From the sequence record DRR723986_5272: DNA of 62,213 nucleotides. One strand, 5' to 3'. Below are positions 18,486 through 27,546 of this stretch, piece after piece (the stretch's first letter is position 1; each line of letters opens with the position of its first letter). The notes under the pieces are model-generated. The model saw only the letters and a program-made list of their open reading frames with translations. It was not told the DNA's origin and did no database searches. The position numbers and the translations under genes are program-made.

Positions 18486-19484
18486 CTAATCGGGCTTGCT
18501 ACCCGGCGCCGGGTCTTCCGGATCGGCGGCGGCAGGCGCAGCCGGCTCGACATCATCAGCAGCTGGAACCTCCGACGCGCCAGGTTGCGGGGCGCCGCCC
18601 ACACTGCCGGCGGCGGCCATCGGCCGGGGCGGACGCGGCAACAGCATGGACACTGAGTCGATCACCCGCTGGTAGTCCGGCCGACGCTCCAGGCTGCGCT
18701 TTTCCATCATCGGAATGCTGGCAAAGACGAACATCACCGTCATCGCCAGGATGCCGAGCCCGTGCCAGTACCAACCCTGCGGGTAGGCCGCCAGCCCGAA
18801 CAGGAACAAACCCAGCCAGAAGCCCAGCTCACCCAGATAGTTGGGATGCCGCGACCAGGCCCACAGGCCCGAGGCCAGGTGCTCTCCTTCCCGGCGATTG
18901 CGAATGAAATCGTGCAGTTGAAAATCCGCGGTCATCTGCAGGGTAATCGCGGAAAAGGTAACGATCAGCGCCAGAATATCGATCCAGGAGAAAGGCTGCT
19001 CTCCCAGGCAGTAGACCGCGTAGACCGGCAACAGCCCGGCAAAGACCTGCAGGGTGGGAAACAGGTGGACGCCGAAAAGGTCCGTCAGCAGTTCCCAGCG
19101 CGGGGCCTTGTCGCGCAACATCTGGTAGCGCCAGTCCTCATGCTGCAACCCCTCCCAAAAATAAGCCCAGTTCAGGGTCAGGCGCGTCGCCCAGTACAGC
19201 ATCAGACCCATAACCAGCAGCTCACGCAGGGCCGGTGCCTCGCTACTGCCAACCGCCAGCCAGTACAGGGCAATAAACGGTGGGATCACCGTCCAGTACG
19301 CGTCGTAGAAACTGGAGTTCCCATAGAAGCGGCTGAACAGGAAGATCACCAGGGTGGCCACAATGTCGGCAAAAAACGCCTTTGCCAGCGGCCCCCCGTC
19401 CAGTGCGTACAGACTGGCGCCGCCCAGGAACAGCGCCACCACATAGGCGATCGTGATTCGTAACAGCCCTTCTGCCTTGGTCAT
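18486..19484 (-). CDS. DUF1295 / steroid 5-alpha-reductase-like membrane protein
   Basis: NSSFYDAYW, EDWRY, ADFQL, GLWAWSRHPNYLGE. Confidence 0.85.
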   Translation of the reverse strand: MTKAEGLLRITIAYVVALFLGGASLYALDGGPLAKAFFADIVATLVIFLFSRFYGNSSFYDAYWTVIPPFIALYWLAVGSSEAPALRELLVMGLMLYWATRLTLNWAYFWEGLQHEDWRYQMLRDKAPRWELLTDLFGVHLFPTLQVFAGLLPVYAVYCLGEQPFSWIDILALIVTFSAITLQMTADFQLHDFIRNRREGEHLASGLWAWSRHPNYLGELGFWLGLFLFGLAAYPQGWYWHGLGILAMTVMFVFASIPMMEKRSLERRPDYQRVIDSVSMLLPRPPRPMAAAGSVGGAPQPGASEVPAADDVEPAAPAAADPEDPAPGSKPD

Positions 19485-19697
19485 AGCGACCTCCCGTTTT
19501 TTATCCTCGCGTGCCGCCCCGGTCCCGGAGCTGCGATCATCGCGCCCCTACCACCGCTGACGGGTTTTCAGGGCGCCTAGGTTGGGACCTCAACCCGCAC
19601 GATGTCAAATTATCGGCGCGCTTGCTATTCTCCCATAACAGCAAGCCACAGGAGGCTGAGTTCGCCCGACCGACCCAGGGGGGCGAGCCTGTTCACG

Positions 19698-20885
19698 ATG
19701 ACCGAGGCATTCACCCGATTCCACCAGACGAGGCTGGCCGAGCGCCTGCAGGAAAGTGACGCAGCGGAAATTGCCCGGGTCGCAGCAGGTATTGGCTCAC
19801 TGGGTTTCAGGCTCAGCGATGATGGCAGTTGCGTCAGCTATTACCCGGAAGACGGCGCACTGCGCATCGCCGCAGACGCCGGTGCCGACACCCTGGTCGA
19901 CCTGAGCTATGCCAACTGGCAAGGCATCGTCAACGACGTGGAGACCGCCGCAGCCCTGATCTACGGCGACCGACTGGGGCAGGAATGCCGCGGCGACCTG
20001 GGACGCTTTATGCTGTGGGAACCCCTGCTGCGCAGCCTGTATACCGGCATGCCGCTGTTTCCCTCCGAAGGCCAGCTGGCCCTGAGGGACAGTGCCGGCC
20101 AGGCCATCGATCCGAGCCGCCATTTCGACCTGCTGCACGATGCGCCGGACGCCATGCGTGAGTACCTGGACCTGAGCGGCTACCTGCTGTTGCGCTCGGT
20201 GTTCTCCGCCGAGGAAACCGCGCGCCTGAAGGCCGCTGGTGAAGCCCTCCGCGCCGCTGCCAGGGCGGACGACAAGGCCAGTTGGTGGGGCAAGGATGCG
20301 GCGGGTAACGATGTGGTCACCCGGGTGCTCAACGGCGGTAGCCATCCGGACCTGCGAGCGCTGGCGAGCGACCCACGGATCGCCGCTATGCATCGGCTGA
20401 TGCCTGCGGGACTCAAGGCCGAAAACCCGGAGAACACTGACGCCATCACCGTGCTGTTCAAGACACCGGAGATGGTACAGGGGCTGTCGGACCTGCCCTG
20501 GCACCGCGACTGCGGCATGGGAGGCCACGCGGTGATGTGTCCGGTCATCAATATGAGCATCTACCTGGAGGACGCGACCGCCGCCTCGGGAGAGCTGCGC
20601 TTCCTGCCCGGGTCCCACCGTTATGCCTGCCCGACACCGGATGCCCGTGCCGGCATCTCGGTACCCGCCCGGACCGGCGATGTCACCCTGCACTACGGTG
20701 ACGTCATGCACGGCGCGCCGGCACCGAGCTCCAGCGAAGGCCCGTTCCGGGCCAGCGTACTGATGTCATTCAAACCGGATTTCGATAATCACCGCGGCGA
20801 GCGGCACTATAACGACGTGCTACTCAAGGATGGTGACGGACACGTGTCTTCCATGCCCGGCACCCGGATACCCGACGCCGGCTGA
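19698..20885 (+). CDS. Phytanoyl-CoA dioxygenase (PhyH) family Fe/2-OG dioxygenase with N-terminal SCP2-like extension
   Basis: WHRD, GELRFLPGSH, GDVTLH...MH facial triad; the N-terminal domain assignment is tentative. Confidence 0.75.
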   Translation: MTEAFTRFHQTRLAERLQESDAAEIARVAAGIGSLGFRLSDDGSCVSYYPEDGALRIAADAGADTLVDLSYANWQGIVNDVETAAALIYGDRLGQECRGDLGRFMLWEPLLRSLYTGMPLFPSEGQLALRDSAGQAIDPSRHFDLLHDAPDAMREYLDLSGYLLLRSVFSAEETARLKAAGEALRAAARADDKASWWGKDAAGNDVVTRVLNGGSHPDLRALASDPRIAAMHRLMPAGLKAENPENTDAITVLFKTPEMVQGLSDLPWHRDCGMGGHAVMCPVINMSIYLEDATAASGELRFLPGSHRYACPTPDARAGISVPARTGDVTLHYGDVMHGAPAPSSSEGPFRASVLMSFKPDFDNHRGERHYNDVLLKDGDGHVSSMPGTRIPDAG

Positions 20886-20894
20886 ACGCCGGCA

Positions 20895-22085
20895 TCAATC
20901 GACCAGGCTCATTCCGCCAGCCACCACCGAGCGCGGCTCTTCCTCACCCGTGGTCAGGCCCTTGTATAGCGCCAGCAGTTCAGCGGCGGACTGCTGGTGG
21001 GTCATCCGCCGGGCCTGCTGGTAATTGCGCTGGGCAGAGGCCAGGCGCTCACCCGTGTTGACCAGGAAATAATCGATCCGGCGCCGCAGATCGCGGGCAT
21101 CCGGGAAGGCAAACAGGGAATGGGGGTCGCTGGCCAGGTCGCGAGCGGCACTGGCTGCCGAATCGGCAACGATAATCGGCAGGCTGTGGGCCATGGCTTC
21201 CAGCACCGACATCCCCTCCAATTCACTCTCACCGGCGTGGACAAACAGGTCAGCGTGCCGGTACAGCTCTACCAGCTCCTCATCGGAGGGCTGGAGGAAG
21301 GCCACCGGGAACGGCATCCGCTCCGCCTGGCGGCGCAGGCGCGGCTCCCGCGGCCCGGAGCCGACCAGGGTCAGGCGTACGCGGTCGACAAAATCGCTGC
21401 CCGCCAGCGCATCCATGATCAGGTCCTGGCGCTTCTCGCCGCTCAGCCTGCCCACCGACAGCACATGGAACGGCTCGGGCGCTTCCGCCCGGGCAATTCG
21501 CCGGGGCAGGTACAGCATGCTTTCCGGGACGCCGTTGGAGATCACCTGCACCGGCCCCTGGTACCCGCCTTCCCGCAGCAGGCCGCTGGCAAAGGAGGAC
21601 GGGGCAATGACCGCGTCGCTGTGACGGTAGTGGAAACGCATCCAGATACGGAACACCGTGCGGGCCAGCCAGTCGCTACGCATCCCGAGGTTGCGCAGCA
21701 CATTCTCCGGCTGGACGTGGAACGAAGACAGCACCGGGATGCCCAGTTCCCGGGCGATGGTAATCGCGGCAGCGCCGAGAAAAAACGGGTACTGCACGTG
21801 CAGCAGGTCACAGCCTGCGATCAATTCGCGCATCCGCTCCTGCTCGGGCAGGCCGAGTGGCGACTTGTTGCGATCGATGATGTGGTTGAGCCCCGGTACA
21901 GACAGCTTACGGAAAGACGCTACCCGGGGATTGGCATCAGCGGCAGTCTCCCGGGCCGCAGTCGCCAGGATCACGAAGCGGTGGCCCTGGGCCGCCAGCG
22001 CAGCGACGAAGCGCCGGGTTGAGACCACAGTTCCGTTGAAGGGGTAGTCCCAGGGGTCCAGAACAACAGCAATTTTCAGGGACAT
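20895..22085 (-). CDS. Glycosyltransferase family 4 (diacylglycerol glycosyltransferase-like)
   Basis: NGTVVS, SFHVQPEN, ISNGV, VGRLSGEK, ELEGMSVLEAMA. Confidence 0.88.
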   Translation of the reverse strand: MSLKIAVVLDPWDYPFNGTVVSTRRFVAALAAQGHRFVILATAARETAADANPRVASFRKLSVPGLNHIIDRNKSPLGLPEQERMRELIAGCDLLHVQYPFFLGAAAITIARELGIPVLSSFHVQPENVLRNLGMRSDWLARTVFRIWMRFHYRHSDAVIAPSSFASGLLREGGYQGPVQVISNGVPESMLYLPRRIARAEAPEPFHVLSVGRLSGEKRQDLIMDALAGSDFVDRVRLTLVGSGPREPRLRRQAERMPFPVAFLQPSDEELVELYRHADLFVHAGESELEGMSVLEAMAHSLPIIVADSAASAARDLASDPHSLFAFPDARDLRRRIDYFLVNTGERLASAQRNYQQARRMTHQQSAAELLALYKGLTTGEEEPRSVVAGGMSLVD

Positions 22086-22172
22086 CCGAAGCCCGTTTAA
22101 CGCTTGGTAAGCCGAGAAGATACCAGCTTAACCACGATAAACACAGGGTTGCGCCCGCTCATGCCCACAATG

Positions 22173-22215
22173 CTGACGCGGATCAACGATCGCCACCGGC
22201 AGCATGAACTATCTT
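22173..22215 (+). promoter_or_regulatory. FNR/ANR-like class II promoter for the OFOR operon
   Basis: CTGAC-GCGG-ATCAA (22173-22186), centred 30.5 bp upstream of -10 TATCTT (22210-22215). Confidence 0.6.
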
Positions 22216-22284
22216 GGAGACTGACCGTGACACCGACCAGGTGGTGCACAGACCAAGCCAGCCCCGACCAGGATCAGAACAGCC

Positions 22285-23979
22285 ATGTCCAAGGAAACCC
22301 TGTCCATCGCGATTACCGGCGCCGGCGGCGCCGGGGTCATTTCCTGCGGTGACCTGCTGCTCAAGGCCTGGGCCCGCAGCGGCGGCCGGGGTTTGCTGCG
22401 CAAGGCCTTCGGCCCGCAGATCCGCGGCGGCGAGGCGGCGGCACTGCTGAAACTCACCCGCGATGAGGCCTATACCGCGGCCAGCGACTACCAGCTGATC
22501 GTCGCCCTGGACTGGGTCAACTTCGGCCGTTTTGAAGATGAGATCCGTGCCGCGGCGGATGCTGTTGTGGTGTGTGACGACGTCGAGGCCATGCCGGAGT
22601 CGCTCCAGTCTCTGGCGCGAGCAGACCTGCCCTTTCAGCAGCTCGCGGCAGCCAGCCACCCCGAGGGCCGGGTCAACATGCTGGCGGCCGGCGTACTGGG
22701 GCGCTACCTGGATATTCCCCGGGACACCCTGATCGACTGCGCCCTGGCGCGGCTGGCGGGCAAGGCCGAGACCTACCGGGAAGCCGCAGCCGCCTGCATC
22801 ACGGCAGGCTACGAGCACCGCCTGGACTGCCCCTGGCAAGCGCCCGCCAGAACCGCCGAAAACGCCTGGTGCCTGACCGGCAACCAGGCCGCCGGCTTCG
22901 GCGCCTTGCAGGCCGGTATCCGCTTCGCCGCGGCCTATCCCATCACACCCGCCTCAGACGCCCTGGAGTATCTGGCGGGTGGCCTGGAGGCCCTGGGTGG
23001 CCACCTGATACAGGCTGAGGACGAGCTGGCGGCTATCAACATGACTATCGGCGCGGCCTTCGGCGGAGTCCCGTCCTTCACCGCGACCTCGGGGCCCGGA
23101 CTTGCGCTGATGAGCGAAAGTATCGGTCTGGCGGTAGCCAGTGAAACCCCGCTGACCGTATTGAACGTCATGCGCGGCGGCCCCTCCACCGGCATCCCGA
23201 CCAAGTCGGAACAGAGTGACCTGAACATCGCCCTGCACGGCCTGCACGGCGACGCACCGCACCTGGTACTGGCACCGCTGGATATCGCCGACTGCGCCTT
23301 CACCACCGGCTGGGCTGTCGCCTTGGCCCAGCGGCTGCAGGCACCGGCAATTGTCCTGTCTGACCAGTTCCTCGGGCAGTCCACGGCAGTGGTCTCCGAA
23401 CCCCGCCGCCCACCGATTCCAGACGCCGCTCCATCGGTTGCCGACGACAATGACTACCTACGCTACCGGCTGACTGACAGCGGGGTATCCACCGTGGCCC
23501 ATCCCGGGGACAAAGACGCCCGCTACACCGCCGACGGGCTGGAACATAACGAGCGCGGCACGCCTTCGGCGCGGGAGTCCGACCACCGAAACCAGCTGGC
23601 AAAGCGCAGTCGCAAGCTGACAACCTTTGACTATGGTGCTCACTGGGCGAGGATCGAGGGTGCCGGGGACATCGCCCTGGTCTGCTTCGGTTCAGCCAGC
23701 GCCGCGGTCGCCGAGGCCAGCGCCCGGCTGGCCGCAGATGGCCTGCCGGTACGCACAGTTGCGCTGCGCCTGCTCGCACCTCTGCGTGTCGACGAACTGA
23801 CGACAGCATTGGCCGGCTGTACGCGGATCATCGTGGTGGAACAAAACCATGGCGCCCAGCTCTACCATTATCTGCAGGGCCCGATCAGGCACGACCTGGA
23901 AAGCATCGCGATTCCCGGCCCGGTGCCTCTGACAGCATCCATCATTACCGATGCCATCACCGGCAGGGAGGCCGCATGA
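22285..23979 (+). CDS. korA: 2-oxoacid:ferredoxin oxidoreductase alpha subunit (gamma-alpha fusion)
   Basis: GAGGAG, PQIRGG, YPITP, QAEDE, ATSGPG, RGGPSTGIPT, GLEH, VEQN; substrate specificity not determined. Confidence 0.9.
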   Translation: MSKETLSIAITGAGGAGVISCGDLLLKAWARSGGRGLLRKAFGPQIRGGEAAALLKLTRDEAYTAASDYQLIVALDWVNFGRFEDEIRAAADAVVVCDDVEAMPESLQSLARADLPFQQLAAASHPEGRVNMLAAGVLGRYLDIPRDTLIDCALARLAGKAETYREAAAACITAGYEHRLDCPWQAPARTAENAWCLTGNQAAGFGALQAGIRFAAAYPITPASDALEYLAGGLEALGGHLIQAEDELAAINMTIGAAFGGVPSFTATSGPGLALMSESIGLAVASETPLTVLNVMRGGPSTGIPTKSEQSDLNIALHGLHGDAPHLVLAPLDIADCAFTTGWAVALAQRLQAPAIVLSDQFLGQSTAVVSEPRRPPIPDAAPSVADDNDYLRYRLTDSGVSTVAHPGDKDARYTADGLEHNERGTPSARESDHRNQLAKRSRKLTTFDYGAHWARIEGAGDIALVCFGSASAAVAEASARLAADGLPVRTVALRLLAPLRVDELTTALAGCTRIIVVEQNHGAQLYHYLQGPIRHDLESIAIPGPVPLTASIITDAITGREAA

Positions 23980-24818
23980 ACCAGCCCGCCGTGCTGAAGG
24001 CCAAAGAATTCAAGTCCAGGGTTAAGCCGATCTGGTGTCCGGGCTGCGGCCACTTTTCGGTACTCAATGCCATCACCAAGGCGATGGCGGCACTGGCTAT
24101 CGACCGGAACGATACGGTGCTGGTCTCCGGGATCGGCTGCTCGTCACGGCTGCCGGCCTACATTGACAGCTACGGCTTTCACGGCGTCCATGGGCGCGGG
24201 CTGGCCATCGCCCAGGGTCTCAAAGTCGCTCGACCGGAGCTGACCGTGATCGCCCTCGGCGGTGACGGCGACGGCTTTTCCATCGGCGGCAACCACTTCC
24301 TGCACGCCTGCCGGCGCAACGTGAATATCGTGTACATCGCCATGGATAATGCGGTGTACGGAATGACCAAGGGACAGGCCTCCCCCACAAGCCCTAGCGA
24401 CTGGGATCACAGCAAACTCACACCCCATGGACCCGGCGTGCGACCCTTCAAGCCCGCCGCGGTGGCGCTGGCCTCCGGCGCGCCCTGGATAGCCCGGGGC
24501 TACTCAGGCAATCCCAACCAGATGGCGAAACTGATTGCCGAGGCAATCGCGTTCGACGGCTTCAGCTTCCTCCACGTGCTCTCGCAGTGCATCACCTACT
24601 GCCCGGAACAGACGGACTGGAAGAACATTGTGCACGAACGCTCAGAACCCGCCATCACCAGCACTGAAGACGCGGCGCGGCTGTTCCTGGCCGAGGACGG
24701 TTTCGAGACCGGCCTGCTCTATCGGCAGGCGAGACCAGGCTGGCCACCGCAGGCGGCAAAACCTGATGATGACGCCGCGGCGCTGGCTGCCCTGGCAGCA
24801 CGCTTTGGAGCAAGCTGA
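23976..24818 (+). CDS. korB: 2-oxoacid:ferredoxin oxidoreductase beta subunit (TPP-binding)
   Basis: WCPGCGH, SGIGCS, HGR, GGDGD..SIGGNH, DN..YGMTKGQ, QCITY; ATGA overlap with alpha. Confidence 0.9.
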   Translation: MNQPAVLKAKEFKSRVKPIWCPGCGHFSVLNAITKAMAALAIDRNDTVLVSGIGCSSRLPAYIDSYGFHGVHGRGLAIAQGLKVARPELTVIALGGDGDGFSIGGNHFLHACRRNVNIVYIAMDNAVYGMTKGQASPTSPSDWDHSKLTPHGPGVRPFKPAAVALASGAPWIARGYSGNPNQMAKLIAEAIAFDGFSFLHVLSQCITYCPEQTDWKNIVHERSEPAITSTEDAARLFLAEDGFETGLLYRQARPGWPPQAAKPDDDAAALAALAARFGAS

Positions 24819-25327
24819 TGTTGAATGCAAAGCTGGCGGACTTTCTCGCCCACTCGGTGGAACTGGAAAGCGAGGCGCGGGAGCGCTATACGGAACTCGC
24901 CGACGCCATGGCCGCACACAATAACCGTGAGGTTGCCCGTTTCTTTCAACGGATGGCCACCGAGGCCAGCCATCACCTTGCCGAGGTGGAAGAAATCGTC
25001 GGTAGCGCGCGCCTGCCCGTACTGCAGGCCTGGGATTACCAGTGGCTCGACCCCGAAGCCCCGGAAAGCGCCAGTTATGAAGCCGTACACTACCGGATGA
25101 CCCTGGGTGACGCGATGCGGCTGGCGCTGAAGAACGAACGCGATGCCGAGGCCTATTACCGGCACATGGCCGACACCAGTAACGATCAGGAAACCCGGCG
25201 GATCGCTACCGGCTTCGCCGAGGAGGAAAAGCGCCACGCCGCCGCGCTGGAAGAGATGATCCGGGGATTAGATACGGAGCCGGCACATGGCCGCCTGGAC
25301 GATGACGAGCCCAACATGCCCGAGTGA
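24818..25327 (+). CDS. Rubrerythrin/ferritin-like diiron protein (no rubredoxin domain)
   Basis: Paired E...ExxH motifs (EASH, EKRH) in a four-helix bundle; TGATG coupling to korB. Confidence 0.85.
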   Translation: MLNAKLADFLAHSVELESEARERYTELADAMAAHNNREVARFFQRMATEASHHLAEVEEIVGSARLPVLQAWDYQWLDPEAPESASYEAVHYRMTLGDAMRLALKNERDAEAYYRHMADTSNDQETRRIATGFAEEEKRHAAALEEMIRGLDTEPAHGRLDDDEPNMPE

Positions 25328-25403
25328 GCTGAGAAGAAGTTGATTTTCAGCGAATCCGGTTTGACTGCGCCGGCGAACGACGTAAGGCAGCTCGCCGCCA
25401 TCA

Positions 25404-25446
25404 TTGACGGCGGTCAAGTCGCACGCCAGGGGAACGGTGCTAGACT
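25404..25446 (+). promoter_or_regulatory. FNR/ANR-like class II promoter for the EncFtn gene
   Basis: Palindrome TTGAC-GGCG-GTCAA (25404-25417), centred 30.5 bp upstream of extended -10 TGC-TAGACT (25438-25446). Confidence 0.7.
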
Positions 25447-25509
25447 CTGGCCGTTGCCCGCACCCGCGCGGCACAGCTACAAGCGAATACTCCCGGGAGA
25501 ACTAACGCA

Positions 25510-25797
25510 ATGGCAAATGAAGGCTACCACGAACCCATCAATGAACTGAGCGACGAGACCCGCGACATGCATCGCGCCATCACCTCACTGATGGAAGAAC
25601 TAGAGGCCGTGGACTGGTACAACCAGCGCGTCGATGCCTGCAAGGATGAGGATTTGAAAGCCATCCTCGCCCACAACCGGGATGAGGAGAAAGAACACGC
25701 CGCCATGGTCCTGGAGTGGATCAGGCGCCGCGACCCGAGCTTCGACAAGGAACTGCGCGACTACCTGTTCACCGACAAACCCATCGCGCACAAGTAA
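25510..25797 (+). CDS. Encapsulin-associated ferritin-like protein (EncFtn/Flp), short form
   Basis: YHEP...RDMHRAI.SL.EELEAVDWYNQR...HNRDEEKEHAAM.LEW.RR.D...YLFT family signature; 95 aa. Confidence 0.92.
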   Translation: MANEGYHEPINELSDETRDMHRAITSLMEELEAVDWYNQRVDACKDEDLKAILAHNRDEEKEHAAMVLEWIRRRDPSFDKELRDYLFTDKPIAHK

Positions 25798-25839
25798 CCG
25801 GGAAAGCCTTACCAGGCCCTCTCGACGAGCAGGCCGGGC

Positions 25840-27342
25840 TCAGGCAGGCTGGATGTTGGCATTCAGGCGGAAGATATTCTGGGGATCGAAGCGTTTCTTG
25901 ATCCCGGCCAGGCGCGAGTAATTATCCTGGTAATTACCGTTCATCGCCCGCTTGTCATGCTCGTCATCGACTTCCACTGTATAGAACCCATAGGTGAACG
26001 GCTGGAGCTTGCCCCACAGTGAGCGGATATAGCGCACGTGCTCGTCACTGGCACTGCCCGCGCGCCAGGAAACCATCGGGATCATGTTGTGGCTGGCATA
26101 GCGGTGCGGAAACGCCGTGGCATCCGACGCCACCCGGTTGATCGCCCCGCCACTGTGCTGAAAGATCACAATGCTGGAGCGGTCAGGATGCGGCTCGAGA
26201 CCTTCCACCAGCGCATCGATCAGCCCGGGCTTGAAGCCCTCGATAAATCCGCCCTTCAGGTATGACGCCCAGGAGCGTGCGTCACTGCTGTCACCGCTGC
26301 GCTGCAGGGCAACATAATCCACTGCACTCACCCCGTTGTGAATCGGTGTTCCGACGGCAAGATAGGGCTTGATCGCCTTGTCATAAGCCGCGGGATCGCC
26401 CGACCAGCACACGTCGAGTATGGCCATGCCCGGCTTCTCACCGAAGGGGTAAATAGCAACCAGGTCCGTGTAGAGTTCATCGGGGCACACCGGCGAGTAC
26501 TCCGCGTACACATTGAGCAGATCCCGCAAACGCTCCACCGGAAACACGATCCCACCGCCGATTACCTGCCGCTCCATGGGATGCAGCTGGAACTCAAAAT
26601 TGGTAACCACGCCGAAATTGCCACCGCCACCGCGCACCGCCCAGTACAGGTCCGGGTTTTCCTCGGCACTGGCATGACGCAGGCGACCATCGGCGGAAAC
26701 CACATCCACCGACTTCACGTTGTCCAGTGCCAGCCCGAAGCGGCGCCCCACGCGGCCAAAACCACCACCGGTGGTCAGCCCGCCGACACCCGTGTGCGAC
26801 ACGGTACCCGCGGTCGTCACCAGCCCCTGGGCCATGGATTCGTGATCCAGGCGACCGAGCAGGCTGCCGCCGGTGACGTAAGCGGAACGGTTGCCCACAT
26901 CCACCCGCACATCCCGGTAGGACGACAGGTCAATCATCAAACCGCCGTCGCAGGTGGATTTACCGGAATAACTATGACCGCCACATTTGACCGCCACGAC
27001 CAGGCTGTTTTCGCGGGCGAAATCAACCGCCGAGCAGATATCGGCTGCACCTGTGGGTTGGACGATGAGCGCGGGGTGCTTGTCGATCGAGGCATTGAGG
27101 ACCTGGCGGGCGGACTCATAAGCGACATTGCCGGGCAACAGCAGGCGGCCGCGAAGCGTATCAGCAAGCGATTGGACCGAAGCCTGTTGCAGCGTCTGCT
27201 GGGCACCCCCCAGAGTCAGCGCATCCAGGTCACGATCGACCTTGAGCAGGCCGGCGTACACTGACGCCAGGGCGCTCCGGGGCAAGCCCGGAGCCAGGAC
27301 CGCGCCGGCCAGTGCCGCGCGGCAGAATTCTCGTCTGCGCAT
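25840..27342 (-). CDS. Tat-exported FAD-binding oxidoreductase (berberine bridge enzyme-like)
   Basis: MRRREF twin-arginine signal, GGHS (covalent FAD His), RGGGGNFGVVT, KKRFDPQNIF. Confidence 0.9.
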   Translation of the reverse strand: MRRREFCRAALAGAVLAPGLPRSALASVYAGLLKVDRDLDALTLGGAQQTLQQASVQSLADTLRGRLLLPGNVAYESARQVLNASIDKHPALIVQPTGAADICSAVDFARENSLVVAVKCGGHSYSGKSTCDGGLMIDLSSYRDVRVDVGNRSAYVTGGSLLGRLDHESMAQGLVTTAGTVSHTGVGGLTTGGGFGRVGRRFGLALDNVKSVDVVSADGRLRHASAEENPDLYWAVRGGGGNFGVVTNFEFQLHPMERQVIGGGIVFPVERLRDLLNVYAEYSPVCPDELYTDLVAIYPFGEKPGMAILDVCWSGDPAAYDKAIKPYLAVGTPIHNGVSAVDYVALQRSGDSSDARSWASYLKGGFIEGFKPGLIDALVEGLEPHPDRSSIVIFQHSGGAINRVASDATAFPHRYASHNMIPMVSWRAGSASDEHVRYIRSLWGKLQPFTYGFYTVEVDDEHDKRAMNGNYQDNYSRLAGIKKRFDPQNIFRLNANIQPA

Positions 27343-27546
27343 ACCCACTCCCCAAGCGCCCCCAATGGGCTCAAGGAAAAAAGTAGACGAGACACAGCGC
27401 TGGCGCCAGTTGCCGCGACGGGCAGATGACGGATATCCATGCATTCATCGCAAAATTACGGCAATTTGACGCATTCTGGCGCGCGTTTCCCGCAGGGCCT
27501 GCTACTTTAAACCCTTGATCGCATAACAACGGGCCAGGGGCCTAGT

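Noticed and set aside
25340-25549. 69-aa TTG-start ORF between the ferritin-like genes
   Set aside because: No motif, overlaps EncFtn, and the region is better explained as a promoter
27515-27529. TTGAT-N5-AACAA upstream of the RND permease as an FNR box
   Set aside because: Wrong spacing and a mismatched right arm
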